Assembly: GCA_977020255.1 (NCBI GenBank) | Contig: CDROCS010003392.1 | Coordinates: forward strand, 62,001-126,000 | From: Obrimoposthia wandeli | Lineage: Eukaryota | DNA length: 64,000 bases | Direction of reading: 5' to 3' | In this document: positions 61,377 to 64,000 of the stretch, piece after piece | Position numbering within the stretch: position 1 is the first letter of the stretch | Layout: every line of letters starts with the position of its first letter | Notes under the pieces: model-generated | What the model was told of the DNA's origin: nothing | Databases searched by the model: none | The model's input: the letters and a program-made list of their open reading frames with translations, nothing else | Made by a program: the position numbers and the translations under genes

Positions 61377-64000
61377 TCATATCTTGATGGGAGGCGGAGG
61401 TAAGGGTCGCAATTCCACTTCCTCCATGATGGGTGTGTCACAGCATCGCAATTCTTCGCATTTTCGTCGTATTCCTGGGCATACTTGACTGCCTTTTACG
61501 CACACGACTGTCAATAGAACCACTGCTGTTGATACTACGGCCATTCCAATTAGGGCATTGACTGCTGTTATTCCGCTGTCTGATGTTTTATAACCATACT
61601 TCATTTTGTTGTTTGTCGGTTCGAATGATATTTCCATGGGTTTTGATCGGTTTCCATGTATTATGTCCGATTTTCTAAAAATTGGGGGATTTGGGTGTTT
61701 TGTTTCTGATGGAACAGGTATTATTATTTTGGATTGGAAATGATGTTTGGGATCTAGTGGGATCGTTCCCCTCACTCTTGTCCTCTTAATAATTGTACTT
61801 TGGTTTCTGGGATTTAGCTCTTTTTCTTTCGCTTCTGTCTTTGTTTTGATCACTGTCGGTTTCTTGGAATGTCGTTTACTTTCGTTTACTTTTGCCTTCT
61901 TTTTGACTAGGATTGGTCTTTTGGGAATGATTTTCCTGGGTTTGATACTTATACCGTATCTGCGAAATCGACGGTTCTGGTATCTTAGAGTTATGTAGAA
62001 TATTTCACCTGTTATTATCATGATTATGGTCGAGGTCTCTGTAGAATTACTGGCAATTCGATTACACAGACATTCTGTGTTAAAATGTGGTACTAACATT
62101 TGGCTTTGGATTTCGAATCTGATTACGCCATCTGGGTTGGGACACATTACTGTCACGCTGTCAGTTTCTAGCAATATGAAAAATAACCTAACGGAATTCC
62201 ATACGGCTTTACGTCGTCTACCTGTGATCATAATCCTGTCGACAATTTTCCAGATGCGCTCATCTCTAGGCAATATTAATGACTTTGTTCGGATACTTTG
62301 GATAATCCGCTTCCTCTTTGATATTGTTATCCGTAGGTATAACACTCTTTCATGATGCAATAATATTAAATTGTAAACGGGTGTATTTTGGTCGATTTTT
62401 ATTCTGACCTGTCGAATGACATACAATTTCTGATCGATATTGTCAGTTGCTGACGTCTGTAGATGAATGTCTACTACGTGATTTGTTTTTAGTAAGGGAA
62501 TTTCTATGTATATTGCCCGTATAACGTCTTGTCTCCATTTACTGATCATGATCTCATAACTAGCCTTGGTAGTGGTGATTTGTACGATCAGCATGATTCC
62601 TATGATCGTTCGATTCCTAAACTCAGGAACTTCACTGAAACAAGTCAAATTACTCATATAGTACGGTCTTTCCTCAATATGTTCATATATCGTTGGCTGG
62701 TATTCTGGTGCTGGTTCATCTAGAAATGGTGGTCTTGGTATAATTGTGTTGAATTTTTGTAAGTTCATTTGACCTGTTCGTCTTGCGAGATCATGACGTT
62801 TTTTTTTTGATCTCGACTCTATCTTTGAACAACAAAACAAGATGAGTAATATTAATATTATAAATCCAATGATCAGTGCGAGTATTGGATTAACCAATTC
62901 TAGAATACCATAACGTACTGCTGGTATTCCTTTACTCTTGATGGTTAATATTTTAAATTTGTGTGCACTTTGGTTGGACATGTCACTGAGAAGCACTATT
63001 TTAGTTTGTCCAAATATGTAGTCTTCACATGTGACAACACTAATTCCATAATGTCCATTAAGTGTTATCATTTCGGTCGCTGGGACTATACACATTCGTC
63101 CTGGACATCCTTTTACACACATGATCATCACGGCTCTACTGTGGGATGTCTTGATTATTTCTAGGGTGTTGTCTAGATTTCTCAAATGTAAATTATATTC
63201 GGATAGTGTCATCAATTCGGCTTTACTGGTTGGCATGGCTTGCAGTACCAATCCAATTACTACTCCATAAATCAATCCTTGTGCAACGGTGCACAGGGCC
63301 TTGACCGACCTTTTGCAAAGCGTTTTAATTATCAATCGTTTGAGAGATATCTGTTTCTGATTGGTTCGTTTTATTGTCTGTCGTTGTTTTGACATCTCCT
63401 CGATTCCATCTCGTCCGATAATCAACTGTACCGGTTTTCCTTGTATCATCAACTTTCCGAATCCATTTTTGGCGGACAAGCATGTTTTATGTCCTTCCAT
63501 CGTTTCAATTATCACTCTCTTACTTCCATACTCACGTGTTTTGATGACATCGCCGTCGAATATATACGTTGGTCCTTTTGTATCAGCATCTTTTTGTATT
63601 TCCTTTACAACTCGTTTACTTCGCTTGCATCCGGCGAATGTTGTTGATATTCGGTCAAGTGTGCGCTGTCGGTCAGCTTCGTAATCTATTCGAAATTGAT
63701 TCAGTATTCTGTTTTGTGGGTAAAATATCGCTTCATTTACTATGTTGTCCTCGATCCTTTCGTCTAGATACACAAGCACTTTGTTTGTTGGTCCATTTGG
63801 TCTTTTCATCTTTACAAACTGAAATCTTTTACTGTCGGTTCTCATAGATCGAAGACATTTTCGGATGATCCATACATCAATTAGTCCTAACAACACTAAT
63901 AACATCATCAGTGCCGGTGTATGGTACTTTATGGTGTAATTGTGGATTTCGTTGAACCAGGAACTATTTCCGTGGTTGGAGCCTATTTCCTGTGCTCCCG
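61377..64000 (-). CDS. env-like membrane polyprotein (>873 aa, open to the window edge)
   Basis: The frame stays open upstream of the annotated Met (GAQEIGSNHGNSSWFNEIHNYTIKYHTPAL, two N-glycan sequons). It has five hydrophobic segments and no introns, and lies upstream of the RING cassette and LTR. Confidence 0.75.
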   Translation of the reverse strand, partial: GAQEIGSNHGNSSWFNEIHNYTIKYHTPALMMLLVLLGLIDVWIIRKCLRSMRTDSKRFQFVKMKRPNGPTNKVLVYLDERIEDNIVNEAIFYPQNRILNQFRIDYEADRQRTLDRISTTFAGCKRSKRVVKEIQKDADTKGPTYIFDGDVIKTREYGSKRVIIETMEGHKTCLSAKNGFGKLMIQGKPVQLIIGRDGIEEMSKQRQTIKRTNQKQISLKRLIIKTLCKRSVKALCTVAQGLIYGVVIGLVLQAMPTSKAELMTLSEYNLHLRNLDNTLEIIKTSHSRAVMIMCVKGCPGRMCIVPATEMITLNGHYGISVVTCEDYIFGQTKIVLLSDMSNQSAHKFKILTIKSKGIPAVRYGILELVNPILALIIGFIILILLILFCCSKIESRSKKKRHDLARRTGQMNLQKFNTIIPRPPFLDEPAPEYQPTIYEHIEERPYYMSNLTCFSEVPEFRNRTIIGIMLIVQITTTKASYEIMISKWRQDVIRAIYIEIPLLKTNHVVDIHLQTSATDNIDQKLYVIRQVRIKIDQNTPVYNLILLHHERVLYLRITISKRKRIIQSIRTKSLILPRDERIWKIVDRIMITGRRRKAVWNSVRLFFILLETDSVTVMCPNPDGVIRFEIQSQMLVPHFNTECLCNRIASNSTETSTIIMIITGEIFYITLRYQNRRFRRYGISIKPRKIIPKRPILVKKKAKVNESKRHSKKPTVIKTKTEAKEKELNPRNQSTIIKRTRVRGTIPLDPKHHFQSKIIIPVPSETKHPNPPIFRKSDIIHGNRSKPMEISFEPTNNKMKYGYKTSDSGITAVNALIGMAVVSTAVVLLTVVCVKGSQVCPGIRRKCEELRCCDTPIMEEVELRPLPPPPIKI

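Noticed and set aside
61377-62760. Viral late-domain motifs in the env tails (PPFL, PEY, PLPPPP)
   Set aside because: None is an exact PPxY, PTAP or YPxL match.
59823-63847. Overlapping and antisense ORFs over the RING and env genes; likewise over HIBADH, SMAD and the ATPase
   Set aside because: They are shadow frames of real coding sequence with no independent motifs. Only the C-terminal end of ORF 60589-61242 is used (RING2).

Overview
This is AT-rich, transposon-dense genomic DNA from an invertebrate animal, with GC-rich exons and many 40-55 nt introns. Three host genes are recognisable: a 5-exon HIBADH (minus strand), a BMP-type R-SMAD (Smad1/5/8, Mad-like; plus strand, ~11 kb) and the 5' part of an ATP10-like P4-ATPase. 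Between them lie Ty3/gypsy, mariner, Tc1, LINE and Maverick/Polinton remnants. The main signal is a group of env-bearing, retrovirus-like LTR elements that carry accessory genes between env and the 3' LTR. The element at 57425 to >64000 (minus) has a multi-membrane env-like polyprotein followed by three intronless RING-H2 genes, each directly behind its own 3' splice acceptor. Its 2-kb LTR holds a 12-unit stem-loop array with compensatory base changes. The element at ~10284-16265 (minus) has Ty3/gypsy pol, an env-like remnant, a coiled-coil ORF and a decayed REX4-family DEDDh exonuclease in the same slot. Three more LTRs of the 2-kb family are present (1-1485, 41032-42978, 43527-45437). All calls were made by eye from motifs; no database searches were run.
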